From an uncultured Candidatus Saccharibacteria bacterium (GTDB lineage Bacteria > Patescibacteriota > Minisyncoccia > Phycocordibacterales > DATDWN01), in NCBI GenBank assembly GCA_964551495.1, contig CAZKCA010000004.1:15439-79438 (forward strand): DNA of 64,000 bases. The letters are read 5' to 3'. Of this stretch, positions 10,612 to 21,241 are shown in pieces. The stretch's first letter is position 1. Each line of letters opens with the position of its first letter. The position numbers and the translations under genes are program-made. The notes under the pieces are model-generated. The model did not search any database. It was not told the DNA's origin and worked only from the letters and a program-made list of their open reading frames with translations.

Positions 10612-11456
10612 CTATATAAAATTACAAAAATAAAGACTGATATAGATATAATTATAATCAAAATAAGCTTAGATTCATACCAGACAGGTGGATATGTTGG
10701 AGGTATGATAGCCAACCTTTCATTGTCATAATTATCTACAGATTTAATTTCTATGTAACTCTGCAAAGACTGGTCTTTTAGTAAATACGGTGAATTAGAT
10801 TTTGTAAATTTAGATAAGAAAGACAGGTTTTTATATTTAAACTCCCTTATTTCATAATGAGAAATACCTGAATCTTTATCTTGAGTATAAAAAACAGCGA
10901 AATATTTACCGTCATAAATTGAAAGATCTTTTGATACAATTGGATTAAAATACTCTGGTGGATAAAAATCATAAGTCCTTTCTTCTCTATCTTTACTATC
11001 TCCTTTTTTTATAACAAAATCAGAATTTACTATTTTTACATAAGACAAAGATCCAGAACCATCGTTTTTTAACAATTTTAGATCATTTAAAACCAAGCCA
11101 CTTAAACCTTCTTTTTTAGCCACGAATACGGCACTAAAAATATTGGTCTTGCCCACAAATCCTCCTGGGGTTATACCTGAGAAATATATTCTTGACTGGC
11201 TTGTTTTTTGAGGCTTATCAATCCAAAAATTTACACCAGAATTTCCGTCTTTTATATAAGATAGTTCAAGATAATTACTGTCAAAATCTAAATTTCCTTC
11301 TATAGCATTTATAGACTCATTAGGATATAAAACTAAATCCACAACAAACTCTTCCCCAGATCTTATATTGACCTTGTTAAATTCCATCCTTACTTCTGAA
11401 GAAAAAACAAAAGATGGAAAAAATATAATTAATAATATAATAAATAGTTTTTTCAT
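10584..11456 (-). CDS. Cohesin-domain surface protein with C-terminal TM
   Basis: INAIEGNLDFD..NFWIDKP..FSGITPGGF..LKNDGSG; D..SGISHYE Ig-like motif. Confidence 0.7.
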   Translation of the reverse strand: MKKLFIILLIIFFPSFVFSSEVRMEFNKVNIRSGEEFVVDLVLYPNESINAIEGNLDFDSNYLELSYIKDGNSGVNFWIDKPQKTSQSRIYFSGITPGGFVGKTNIFSAVFVAKKEGLSGLVLNDLKLLKNDGSGSLSYVKIVNSDFVIKKGDSKDREERTYDFYPPEYFNPIVSKDLSIYDGKYFAVFYTQDKDSGISHYEIREFKYKNLSFLSKFTKSNSPYLLKDQSLQSYIEIKSVDNYDNERLAIIPPTYPPVWYESKLILIIIISISVFIFVILYRWKRKSGKF

Positions 11457-11457
11457 T

Positions 11458-12504
11458 TTATCCTGTCCAATTAAAGGCCATTATACTAAAATCAATCAAA
11501 TCAACTTTTCCATCAGAGTTTAAATCAACATTTTTTGGTGGGTTTTGCTTTCTATACCAAAAAGCAACAATACTAAAATCAACTAAGTTTACCCTAAAAT
11601 CCCCATTAACATCTCCTTTTTGAGTTGATTGAATTTTCTCTTTGGCAACATTTTTATCGCCAACTTTAAAATTTACGATATTACTTAGAGAACTAAGATC
11701 TCCTTCTATGCTGGACTTTGACTTAGTCTCATGTTCACCCTTATCTAAAACTAAAGTATCAAAATTTAAAAGATAAACACCATCTTTATCTGCCTGTCTT
11801 TTTATAATAAATTCTTGTGGAGAATTAACACTTATTGTGATCTCAGAATTTGGCACACTTTGACCGAATATAGCTATATTATCACCTCTCCTAACTTCAC
11901 TTTTATCTACTGAAATTGTTGGTGCAATAAATATCCCACCTATTTTTGTGGTAACTCCTGATGTAATAAAAATAGGAAAAGAAAATAGAGATGATCTTAA
12001 ACCATTTTTATCTTCACCATAAACAGCAAAAGTGTAGTTACCAGAGGAAAGACCTGAAACAGTGGCTGTGAAATTACTATCAGGACCAGCTATAGTAGTC
12101 ACGACAAGCTGACCATCTTTTAAAATAGATACTCTACTTAATGGGTATGCCCTGCCAGAAAAAACAACATTTGTATTTGGAACATTTGGAACTATTGGTG
12201 AAATTGGACCTCCCCCACCTCCCCCACCACCAGAAGAAGGTGGGTTTTGTGGAGCCAACAAACACTGAGATGTGTTAAATGTACAAGCCGAACTGCAAGA
12301 TAAAATCCCTGAACTAAAACCTAAAGAAGAACAAGAAGATCCCCCGAGATTAGAACCGTCACATTGTTCTCCAGAAGTTATTAAACTATCACCACAACCA
12401 GGAACTGTTGCAAATATTTCGACAGTTAAGCTAGAAAAAGTCCAATTTGGAATTAGACAAAACAATACCAATATAACAAACTGTATTATTTTTAAAAATT
12501 TCAT
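11458..12504 (-). CDS. Secreted dockerin-domain protein with Cys-rich N-terminal module
   Basis: C-terminal duplicated Ca-binding loops GDVNGDFRVNLVDFS and DLNSDGKVDLIDFS; N-terminal CGD..I..GEQCDG Cys-rich repeat; Gly/Pro linker. Confidence 0.8.
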   Translation of the reverse strand: MKFLKIIQFVILVLFCLIPNWTFSSLTVEIFATVPGCGDSLITSGEQCDGSNLGGSSCSSLGFSSGILSCSSACTFNTSQCLLAPQNPPSSGGGGGGGGPISPIVPNVPNTNVVFSGRAYPLSRVSILKDGQLVVTTIAGPDSNFTATVSGLSSGNYTFAVYGEDKNGLRSSLFSFPIFITSGVTTKIGGIFIAPTISVDKSEVRRGDNIAIFGQSVPNSEITISVNSPQEFIIKRQADKDGVYLLNFDTLVLDKGEHETKSKSSIEGDLSSLSNIVNFKVGDKNVAKEKIQSTQKGDVNGDFRVNLVDFSIVAFWYRKQNPPKNVDLNSDGKVDLIDFSIMAFNWTG

Positions 12505-13484
12505 CCATTATTGTTTTGCATTGCCTTAGCAATAATAAAACTATTATATTTTTTAAGAAACCACTTTCCTCCTATTATTATTATAAATAGAACAATAAAC
12601 ACTATGATAAGTAGCTGCCATGGTATTATAAAAAAACTATAGCTTAAATTGGCTGTCTGATTTGATTCACCCCAAACAACACCTAACTCTGCAGTGTAAA
12701 ACCCAAAACGAAAATCTTTTAACTGATTTAAAGCTGTTCCAAAAAAACCAGATTCTTTATTTTGTTCTCCCCAAATTATTTCAAATTTACGTATACTGTT
12801 AGGTAAGACACTACCTTCATTTTCATTGGCTAATAAAGTTGCCGTCTTAATCCTTAAAGTATTTTTAATCTTTATTTCACCTTTTGGAACAACTCTATCT
12901 CCACCTGTATTATTAAATCTATACTCAAAATTTAGAGGTAAGCCTGTAAAAATTTTTTTATTATTTTTTTCTGAAAAATCAATAAGACCTCCACTCTCTT
13001 CTATGTCACCAGAAACCCTAAGTAAAACCAAAACCCCTATTTTACCACCTATAGAAACTTCTCCTCCTTCTTGAGCTTTAGATGGAGCTGTTCCAAAAAA
13101 TATTGCCGCAAAATAACCACCGGGTTTTGCAGATTGAGGTATATTAATACTATAAGGAATATATATTTTTTCACCTGAAGGAATCAAAACTGACTCTTCT
13201 ATATTTATCCATGTAGCCAAACCATCTTTTGCTCCAATAAAATAAGGTGATCCAGAATCACCCCTAGGTTCAAAATTTTCATAGGAAATAAAGAATTTCT
13301 TTTCAGATTTCTCTTCATTAAACAATTCTATTTCCCCAGTAACTGTTTGACCTGGATCACCTGTTATTTCTATCTTTGCAGGAGAAACTGTTAGAGCAAA
13401 AACAGGAAAAGCCAATGACCACAAGGCTATTCCTATTAATATTGTATTTAATTTTTTATTCATAATCGGAGCCAATATTAGCAC
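12501..13484 (-). CDS. DUF916/WxL-interacting-like membrane-anchored protein
   Basis: Signal peptide; TVSPAKIEI, P..A.PGGYFAAI, F.NTG..V.P.G.I.I; C-terminal TM. Fold assignment is inference. Confidence 0.55.
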   Translation of the reverse strand: MLILAPIMNKKLNTILIGIALWSLAFPVFALTVSPAKIEITGDPGQTVTGEIELFNEEKSEKKFFISYENFEPRGDSGSPYFIGAKDGLATWINIEESVLIPSGEKIYIPYSINIPQSAKPGGYFAAIFFGTAPSKAQEGGEVSIGGKIGVLVLLRVSGDIEESGGLIDFSEKNNKKIFTGLPLNFEYRFNNTGGDRVVPKGEIKIKNTLRIKTATLLANENEGSVLPNSIRKFEIIWGEQNKESGFFGTALNQLKDFRFGFYTAELGVVWGESNQTANLSYSFFIIPWQLLIIVFIVLFIIIIGGKWFLKKYNSFIIAKAMQNNNG

Positions 13485-13497
13485 ACTTAATGAACAC

Positions 13498-14601
13498 TTA
13501 GAAGTTAGCTGTGGCTACATATGTTAATGTAGCAGAATAAGAACCAGCTTCTGTGTTTGAGGCTATGTTGGCCAAATATCTTACAGAATAAGTGGTGTTA
13601 GCTGTCGCTCCAGTAGCACTAGCCACTTCATCTGGAAAGGCAGCTGTATCAAAAGCGAAACCAGAAGCAGCATAGGGAGCTGAAACTGTTCCAGAGCCAC
13701 CAGAAGCTGTCATTCTAAGTCCAAATTGTTCTGTTCCAACAGAAGAGGAAGAGTTTGTGTTGCCTATAGCATTTATAGTCGCCCCTCCACAAGCAGAACA
13801 AGTAAGTGTTGCTCCGTTAACTGTCATTGTGTAGCCATTAGCAGCATTTGTTCCAACAACCAAATTATGGGCTTCTGTCTCTGAACCTGTACCAGAAGTA
13901 TCTCCTGTTGCATACCTAGCTGCAGAAGCTGAAAGTGGCCCAAAGCCAATTGAGTTATCGGATATAGTAAATGTAAGAGATTGGGCAACAGTAGCTGATA
14001 CAGAAACCTGATCATCGTTCAATATATTTATTGTTATGTCACCAGAATCACCAAATGCTCCACTAATTGATATTGAGTAACTTGCAGCAGAAGCATGATT
14101 TGTTATTTGTGTGTTACCGGTTACTCCTGTTGTAGCATTTGTTCCTATTTCTATTTGTATACAAGCATTAGCTGCAATAGCGGCCGCACCAACACCATCT
14201 GAAGGAGCTGTCAAAGTTATAACTTGACCAGAAAGAGCTGCCCCCCAAGCAGTAGCTGAAGGTGTAGATGCTAACGTTTCGTTATTTGTAAAAGAAACCC
14301 CTGAACAACTAGATTGGCTTCCTGCAGAATGAGCCAAGTCTATATCTTCAAAATCTAGTGAGTTCATATTGAAACCAGATGGAAAAGTTATAGTTATAGT
14401 GTCAGTATTTTCTGCTGCACCAGTTGGAGTTCTAAATACTATAGTATGATTCGAAGCTGTACTAACTTTTTGGCTAGACATTATATCTGATGCATTTGCT
14501 ATTGAAGCAGCAGACACTGTTTTAAAAGAAACCAAAGAAAAAATGAGCGCAACCACAAGAGATACACTCAAAAAATTTTTCAAAAATGAAATATTGATCA
14601 T
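13498..14601 (-). CDS. Secreted Ala/Ser/Thr-rich surface protein with WxL-like C-terminal domain
   Basis: Signal peptide; ends GSYSATLTYVATANF; C-terminal domain shared with the 14677 ORF. Confidence 0.6.
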   Translation of the reverse strand: MINISFLKNFLSVSLVVALIFSLVSFKTVSAASIANASDIMSSQKVSTASNHTIVFRTPTGAAENTDTITITFPSGFNMNSLDFEDIDLAHSAGSQSSCSGVSFTNNETLASTPSATAWGAALSGQVITLTAPSDGVGAAAIAANACIQIEIGTNATTGVTGNTQITNHASAASYSISISGAFGDSGDITINILNDDQVSVSATVAQSLTFTISDNSIGFGPLSASAARYATGDTSGTGSETEAHNLVVGTNAANGYTMTVNGATLTCSACGGATINAIGNTNSSSSVGTEQFGLRMTASGGSGTVSAPYAASGFAFDTAAFPDEVASATGATANTTYSVRYLANIASNTEAGSYSATLTYVATANF

Positions 14602-14676
14602 AAATTAATTATTAAATTGTTGAGTTAATTGTAACATTAGAGTTAAAAACAATAAAAAAATCTGTGGATATCTTTT

Positions 14677-17600
14677 TTAAAAAGTGGCGGTGATTGTATA
14701 AGTTATAGTTGCATTATAATTTCCTGCTGAAGTTGCGCTGTCTATATTACCAATATAACGAACCCCAAAAACAGTTTCTACTTCATCACCATCACCTGAA
14801 AAAATCAAATCAGGAAAAGCAGATGTATCTAATGCCCAATCTGAACTGTTATAAGGAGAAGCGACGGTTCCATTTCCAGAACTAACCGTTGCTCTTAATC
14901 CAAACTGTTTTGTTCCAACAGAAGAAGGTGTAGAAACGCCACCTATAGCATCTATAGTTGCCCCTCCACAAGCTGTACAAGTAAGAGTTGTTCCGCTGAC
15001 AGTTATTACATATCCTCCAGAGGCATTTGTTGAAGCAGATATTGTATGAGCTGAAGCAGAATCAGATCCAGAACCATTACTATCCCCAGTTGCATATCGA
15101 GCAGCAGAAGGATTTAGAGTTCCAAAACCTATAGAATTATCGGATATTGAAAAAGTGATAGACTGAGCTCCTCCTGTTGAAGCAGTTGTGATTTCAGGAT
15201 ATGAAGAATAACTATTTAAAGCCGAGCCATTTGACTTTACCACCCTAAAACAAAAAGTTGTGTCTGGATCAGCACCGTTATCAATCAAAGAAAAATCCCA
15301 TTTACCATCTTGACCAGAAGGTATGGCTGACTGACTATTTGTAAAATTATTTGACTCTTCGTATGTCTGATTAACAATTGTATCTCCGCTATGGGTTGGA
15401 TCATTAGCATTTGAAGTTAAAGCCGATCCATCAGAAGGAGTTGCGTTATCATTAAAAGCTATAACTGTTGCCCCTGTCACATCAGTATAAGAAGCTGGAC
15501 TACCACCAGATGGAGAAGCACAGCTTCCAGCACCCTTATCAACAAACTGCAATTTAAAACTTTGTCCATTTTGAGCAACCTGATTACTTCCTACATGAAT
15601 TAAAGTTCTGAGTCTAAAAGGATCACCAGAAGAAGTTAAAGTAGCAGGAGTGTCTTGTAGAGCTAGAGCAGAACCAACATCGGTTGAATTAGAGTTTGCA
15701 AAGAAACGATATGCCGACTGTTCAAAAGTTGGTAGTATATACCTTTCCGAAGCTACTGCTATCTTTGTTAGGGGTAATCCCGTCCTAGCTACAGGACCAC
15801 CCCAAAGAGCCGAGGCTGTTCCCCATGTCTGAGATCCTCCAGTTAATCTATTTTCTGTGATATCCATTGATGCTGCTGCCGAACTTTCGTAGGCAACTAA
15901 AAACATTGCACCAGAATTAGGATGAGCATTAAGCAACATAAAATCAGTATCATCTCCCTGAGTTGTGGCAGTCCCCCACGAAGAAGTTGGACCATTCCAA
16001 AGTTTTCTAGAAATTGTGTTTCCGTCTCCATAAACAAGCCAAGCATCATCTGGATTACTTGAATGAGTCTCAAACTTTATATCAAATGCCTGAGAAGCGT
16101 TTGTCTCCGCTGCTGCTGTATGTTCCGTATGCACAGCACTCCAAGCAGTTCCGCTCCATATGAAAGTGTTTAAGTCAGACCCACCATCAAGTGAACCATA
16201 CAATATCTGGTTAGAAGTAGAAGAACCTGTATTAGGAGCTAATATCATCCAGTTATTTACCGCTCCAGCGTTTGGGTTATCTAGCAAAGTAGCAGCAGAC
16301 AAAACTCCACCAGAATAAGTTCTATAATATTGATCCGTTGAAACCGAATCTCCCCAAATAAACATTGCATCTCCCGATGCGGTCTCATAAGCAACATCTA
16401 TAGATTTTTCAGTAGCAATAGAAGCAGTTGCATCCCAAACAGCAGCTGTTCCCATATTGTCCCAAGCACTGCCTGTCCAGCGCATACCATAAACATCAGT
16501 ATTTGCATCTAAAACAATCATTGCTAACTCATCTGAGTTGGGTCTTGAAGCAAGCTCAATCCAGTTTGGTCTTCCAGTCGTGGGTATGTCTATGTTTGTA
16601 GGACCTGTCCAACCAGTTCCATTCCACACATGATAGTTTGGATCAGCGGTTCCATCTCCTGTCACAACAATGGCATCCCCTGAAGTATTTTCATACTCAA
16701 TATCAAATCCTCTATACAAAGATTGAACATCTCTGCTCCCTTGGGCATTATTCATAGTGTTTAACAGAGTAGCTTGACCCCAAACAGAATTTTGCCCATC
16801 CCAAACTTGAGCTTCTACTCTTCCACTGTTACCAGCTGTTAAAAGTATTGCCTCATCTCTTGTTGGAGAAGTTTTTAAAACCATATGCCTTAATTCACCA
16901 GACACAGGAGATGTACTAGCTGGACTACCCCAAGCTGAACCCGTCCATCTTCTATATTGTGGATAAGTAACAGAACTTTCGTCTGTATAAGCCATCATTG
17001 CTTCTGTAGAGGAATTATAAGACTGAGAAGCAAGTACTGATCTACTTGCTCCCATATTTCTTTTAACCGGACCACCCCATATAACAGCAGCTGTTCCCCA
17101 AGTCTGAGATCCTCCCGTTAATCTATTTTCTGTAATATCATCCGTAGCCGCAGTATCATCTTCATAAACAAGAGAAAATACAGCACCAGAATTAGGTTGG
17201 GCATTCAATGAAATTACAGCTGTATCATCTCCTTGAGTGGTAGCAGTTTGCCAAGCAGAAGTGCCTCCATCCCACAACCTCCTTGAGACAGTAGTAGAGT
17301 TTCCCCACCAAAGCCACGCATCATTTGGATTTGAACTATGTGTTTCAAATACAATATCAAAATTCATATCAACAATATCTTCTGTTCCCGCACTATGCTC
17401 TGCATGCACTGCACTCCAAGCAGTTCCACTCCATATAAAAGTGTTAAGGTCTGCACCGGCATCCAAAAGCCCGATCATTATTTGATCCGACCCGGAAGTA
17501 GGGTTTGATGAAAGCTTTAACCAATGAACAACACCACCATTGTTTGCATTGGTAACGTTTGTCACCGCACCCAAAACCCCTCCCGAATAAGCCCTGTATC

Positions 17601-18504
17601 TAAAATGAGCTGTAGCTGCAGTTGCAAATCCCCAGGCAAACATTATATCTCCAGATGTTGTCTCAAAAGCAACATCTACAGCCTTTTTAGTTCCTATTGA
17701 CCCAGAAGCGTCCCATACAACAGCTGTTCCCATATTATCCCAGGCGCTACCTGTCCAACGCATACCATAAACATCGTTATTTGAATCAATAGAAATCATT
17801 GCCAACTCATCGGAACCGGGCCTAGACGCTAATTCTATCCAATAAGGCCTCCCTGTTGTTGGTATGTCTATGTTTACTCCAGAAGCCCAGCTTGTCCCAT
17901 TCCATACATAATAATTTGGATCAGCACTACCATCTGCTGCCACAACTATGGCATCCCCAGAAGTTTGTTCATACTCAACATCAAATCCTCTGTATAAAGA
18001 ACCTCCATCTGGACTACCATTTACATCATTTAATGTAACTAATGTAGTAGGAGTACCCCAAGAAGATCCATTAAATATTTGAGCCTGAACTTCACCTGTG
18101 TTTGTTAAAACAACAAGCACTGCTTCATCTCTTGTGGGAGCATACTTTAACTGCATATGTCTTATATCTGTTCCGTTTACATCAGAAGCAGATAACTCAG
18201 ATCCCCAGGCAGATCCATTCCATACTCTATACTTTGGAGTAGAAGTTCCTGATAAAGTATCATAAACAACCATAGCATCAGAAAGACCATCAGCATATGT
18301 TGTTTTATTTGTCATTTTTGAAAAATACTCATCAACAACATTTGAATCCTTTGATGCTAAATACATCTGATCAACAACATTTGAATCTCTTAGATAACTC
18401 AAGAAAGCCTCAAAAGGAGCTCCAAACCAAAAAATCCCAATAATTAAAAAGGAAGTGAATGCGACTTTAATTATTTTTTTAAAGAATTTAGTATTCGGAA
18501 ACAT
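14677..18504 (-). CDS. Large secreted adhesin-like protein: two tandem ~425-aa Trp-rich repeats plus WxL-like C-terminal domain
   Basis: Recurrent WNG..W/WTGSAW motifs; DNA-level duplication with 1275-nt offset (15815 vs 17090); ends GNYNATITYTITATF. Confidence 0.7.
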   Translation of the reverse strand: MFPNTKFFKKIIKVAFTSFLIIGIFWFGAPFEAFLSYLRDSNVVDQMYLASKDSNVVDEYFSKMTNKTTYADGLSDAMVVYDTLSGTSTPKYRVWNGSAWGSELSASDVNGTDIRHMQLKYAPTRDEAVLVVLTNTGEVQAQIFNGSSWGTPTTLVTLNDVNGSPDGGSLYRGFDVEYEQTSGDAIVVAADGSADPNYYVWNGTSWASGVNIDIPTTGRPYWIELASRPGSDELAMISIDSNNDVYGMRWTGSAWDNMGTAVVWDASGSIGTKKAVDVAFETTSGDIMFAWGFATAATAHFRYRAYSGGVLGAVTNVTNANNGGVVHWLKLSSNPTSGSDQIMIGLLDAGADLNTFIWSGTAWSAVHAEHSAGTEDIVDMNFDIVFETHSSNPNDAWLWWGNSTTVSRRLWDGGTSAWQTATTQGDDTAVISLNAQPNSGAVFSLVYEDDTAATDDITENRLTGGSQTWGTAAVIWGGPVKRNMGASRSVLASQSYNSSTEAMMAYTDESSVTYPQYRRWTGSAWGSPASTSPVSGELRHMVLKTSPTRDEAILLTAGNSGRVEAQVWDGQNSVWGQATLLNTMNNAQGSRDVQSLYRGFDIEYENTSGDAIVVTGDGTADPNYHVWNGTGWTGPTNIDIPTTGRPNWIELASRPNSDELAMIVLDANTDVYGMRWTGSAWDNMGTAAVWDATASIATEKSIDVAYETASGDAMFIWGDSVSTDQYYRTYSGGVLSAATLLDNPNAGAVNNWMILAPNTGSSTSNQILYGSLDGGSDLNTFIWSGTAWSAVHTEHTAAAETNASQAFDIKFETHSSNPDDAWLVYGDGNTISRKLWNGPTSSWGTATTQGDDTDFMLLNAHPNSGAMFLVAYESSAAASMDITENRLTGGSQTWGTASALWGGPVARTGLPLTKIAVASERYILPTFEQSAYRFFANSNSTDVGSALALQDTPATLTSSGDPFRLRTLIHVGSNQVAQNGQSFKLQFVDKGAGSCASPSGGSPASYTDVTGATVIAFNDNATPSDGSALTSNANDPTHSGDTIVNQTYEESNNFTNSQSAIPSGQDGKWDFSLIDNGADPDTTFCFRVVKSNGSALNSYSSYPEITTASTGGAQSITFSISDNSIGFGTLNPSAARYATGDSNGSGSDSASAHTISASTNASGGYVITVSGTTLTCTACGGATIDAIGGVSTPSSVGTKQFGLRATVSSGNGTVASPYNSSDWALDTSAFPDLIFSGDGDEVETVFGVRYIGNIDSATSAGNYNATITYTITATF

Positions 18505-19471
18505 ATTGATAAGTTTTTTCAGATATATCTTTCATTATCCTTAGTGCCTTTTCCCTTCCCATGTTATTTGATTTATAGTCAATAAGTACAGAAATAAGAT
18601 ATGGCCTATTTTCCACATAAACTATTCCTGAATCCAAAACAACACCAACCTCATCATTTTCCCCTATTTTATGAGAAAATGTGACATCATCGGGAATACC
18701 TTGACCCAAATAACTTTCATAAGGAGTTTTAGATAAAATCTCTAAAAGTTTTTGAGAATTTGCTCTGTTTAAATAACTTGAAACATACAAAACTCTAAAA
18801 AGTCGGGTATATTCTTTGGCACTTATTTTCCCTTCCTCGTTAAATAATTCTTCCAACCCAACCGCCAAAATAACATCTTGTAATTCATCAAATGATAAAT
18901 TTCTATATAAAACTCTAAAAGCAGTATTGTCTGAATTAGTTAACATTTCCTCCAAAAGTTTCTCTATAGTTACTCTTGTACCAACAGGATTTTTATGCAC
19001 ATCTCCCCAAGCATAATCTCTATCTTCCTTCATAATTACCAACTCATTGTGAAGATCCCAATCGCCTTTTTCTACTTTTTTCATAACAGCCAGAGCTAAA
19101 GGAACCTTGACAAGAGAAGCTGGAAATATTCTTAAATCTTGATTTATTGAAATATTTGCTCCTGTATTTAAATACTCAACATAGATAGAAATATCATTTG
19201 GTCCATTTTCATTTACCAAGTCGGTGAAATATTCTCTTATAGGTTGAAGGGTGTTTATAAAATGCTCTTGAGGAATAAGGTTTCTAGAAATATCTATAAA
19301 AGGATACTCTTTTTTGAAAGATTCTAAATTTTCTTTGTCTTTAAAGAAGATAATGGAAATAAAAATAATATTAGATAAAAGCAGAATAAATAATAAAAAT
19401 TTTAATAAATTTTTATTTAGAAAATTATCAGTTTTTTTATTGGACATTAATTTATTATATTTATCTGGCAT
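18488..19471 (-). CDS. Class A beta-lactamase-like serine hydrolase (membrane-anchored)
   Basis: SxxK (PASLVK), SDN and HKIG motifs; N-terminal TM. Confidence 0.8.
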   Translation of the reverse strand: MPDKYNKLMSNKKTDNFLNKNLLKFLLFILLLSNIIFISIIFFKDKENLESFKKEYPFIDISRNLIPQEHFINTLQPIREYFTDLVNENGPNDISIYVEYLNTGANISINQDLRIFPASLVKVPLALAVMKKVEKGDWDLHNELVIMKEDRDYAWGDVHKNPVGTRVTIEKLLEEMLTNSDNTAFRVLYRNLSFDELQDVILAVGLEELFNEEGKISAKEYTRLFRVLYVSSYLNRANSQKLLEILSKTPYESYLGQGIPDDVTFSHKIGENDEVGVVLDSGIVYVENRPYLISVLIDYKSNNMGREKALRIMKDISEKTYQYVSEY

Positions 19472-21129
19472 AAATTGTAAGACTCCTTATCACTATCTAT
19501 TTTATATATAATTGTAATATTAAAACTTCCTTCTTGGGCTCCGAATTCTTTACTGAACAACAAATCCAACTTCTTTATTTTTTTATCGACAGAAATTTCA
19601 TATTGGTTGTTATCAGAAAAAGTAGCATCTATACCATAAGGTAGACTTCCTATTTTTAGGATCCCTCCCTTACTATCATTTACTAAATCCAACCTAATAG
19701 AAATTGTTTTATTATCTTTAAATTGATAAGAGAAATTTGCGGGGCCGCAACTATGCCTTGCTTCAGGATCTATAGAAACTTCTTCAACTACCCTGTTTTT
19801 TAAACTTAATAAAGAATAATTTTCATTTAAAAATTCTGGATTGGATCTGCTCTCTCCGGCGCCCTCACCCAAAACTGGTTCATTATCATAATTTGTATCA
19901 AAAACTAATTCTTCTTCAACTATAACTTGTTCAACATTTTCATCAGCAATTACATCATCCTTATTAAAAAAATCTTTAATTAATTCAACAAAGGATGCCG
20001 ATAAAGATTGATCTTCTACCTTATCAACCTGATTTGTGTCTACATTCTCATATAAAACCTCTATCCATACAGAATCAAAGTAAATAATAACTGGGTTACC
20101 ATCTAAAATAGGCACACTTCTAACTCCAATCTGTATCCTTGAAATATCCTCCCAGTTTTTAGCTTCTTCTATTGGTATTTCAAAATGCTGAGCTTTAAAT
20201 TGGTTTTTCTCTACAAAACCGAGACTTTTCCAATTTACACCATCTAAAGTATAGACAACTTCAACTAAACCATAAGGAATAATTTCTTCTATAACCTCCT
20301 CTACTCCTTCTGTTGTTGTAGATGTGATCTCTTCATTATTTTCTATAACAATTTCTTCTTCGGCATAAGCTACTTTGTATAAAAATCTAAGGAAAGAAAT
20401 AGGTTCTTCTGTCACATTAGAGGTTTCATTACTTGAATTATCTTGATTTTCTGGAATAACTTCTGGCACAACCTCAGGTACAACCCCATCATTAAGTTGA
20501 TTATTTTCTATATTTGATTCTTCTGGAACAACCTCATCTTCTACATTATCAATCACCTCTTCCTCTGTATTATTTTCTGTAGAAGTTGAAAATTCTCCTT
20601 CTAAAAAATTATCTGTTGATGTCCCAGTTTCATTTTCAATTAAACCTTCTGTTGTAGTAGAAATATTTGGGATTAATTCACTTTCATAAAAAGCTTGCCA
20701 AGAAAATCTTATTGTAATTTTTTTTGGAACTGCTTCTTCTAAGATGTCACCCTGAAAACCTCCACAAAATATCTGTCCATGAGCATTTGATCTTAGTATA
20801 GAAGAATTTTGGTCTGTAAAGGAAGCTTCCTCTATAACTTCCGGTGCTCCTGTTGCAAGATGTGGATTTTCCCAGCCCCCCAAACAAGAAGTAGCATACA
20901 GATTTAAAGTATTAGCATAAGTAACCACTTTGTATATACCGAAAGTAGTTACTAAAATAAAAACAGTAGTTAATAAATAAAGTTTATTTTTACCATTTAC
21001 CAAAAATAACCAAAATTTGTAGGGCTCAAAGACAAAAGTTTTCTTTTTCAAATTTAAAACTCTTGGTCTTGAAGACACAACATCAGACCAACTATTTTTG
21101 TTGTAGTTTTTTTTATACCAAAAAGGCAT
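19447..21129 (-). CDS. Hypothetical acidic membrane-anchored surface protein
   Basis: N-terminal TM; long Glu/Asn/Thr-rich linkers; paired Cys. Confidence 0.6.
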   Translation of the reverse strand: MPFWYKKNYNKNSWSDVVSSRPRVLNLKKKTFVFEPYKFWLFLVNGKNKLYLLTTVFILVTTFGIYKVVTYANTLNLYATSCLGGWENPHLATGAPEVIEEASFTDQNSSILRSNAHGQIFCGGFQGDILEEAVPKKITIRFSWQAFYESELIPNISTTTEGLIENETGTSTDNFLEGEFSTSTENNTEEEVIDNVEDEVVPEESNIENNQLNDGVVPEVVPEVIPENQDNSSNETSNVTEEPISFLRFLYKVAYAEEEIVIENNEEITSTTTEGVEEVIEEIIPYGLVEVVYTLDGVNWKSLGFVEKNQFKAQHFEIPIEEAKNWEDISRIQIGVRSVPILDGNPVIIYFDSVWIEVLYENVDTNQVDKVEDQSLSASFVELIKDFFNKDDVIADENVEQVIVEEELVFDTNYDNEPVLGEGAGESRSNPEFLNENYSLLSLKNRVVEEVSIDPEARHSCGPANFSYQFKDNKTISIRLDLVNDSKGGILKIGSLPYGIDATFSDNNQYEISVDKKIKKLDLLFSKEFGAQEGSFNITIIYKIDSDKESYNLCQINIIN

Positions 21130-21186
21130 ATACTTTTATTAAATTATACTACATAAAATTTTTTTTAATTTATGAATATCCACAAA

Positions 21187-21220
21187 CACAAAACCCACAC
21201 TAAATTGTGTGGGTTTTGTG
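21187..21220 (-). terminator. Intrinsic terminator hairpin
   Basis: CACAAAACCCACAC-TAAATT-GTGTGGGTTTTGTG inverted repeat directly downstream of the small ORF. Confidence 0.7.
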
Positions 21221-21241
21221 GACTAAACTAGTTTAGTATAA

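Noticed and set aside
8153-12504. True cellulosome
   Set aside because: Single cohesins per protein and no recognisable cellulase or CBM domains.
18488-19471. Antibiotic-resistance beta-lactamase
   Set aside because: Has the fold motifs, but I cannot identify the class A omega-loop Glu. It is membrane-anchored within a surface locus, so it is more likely a cell-wall-related serine hydrolase.
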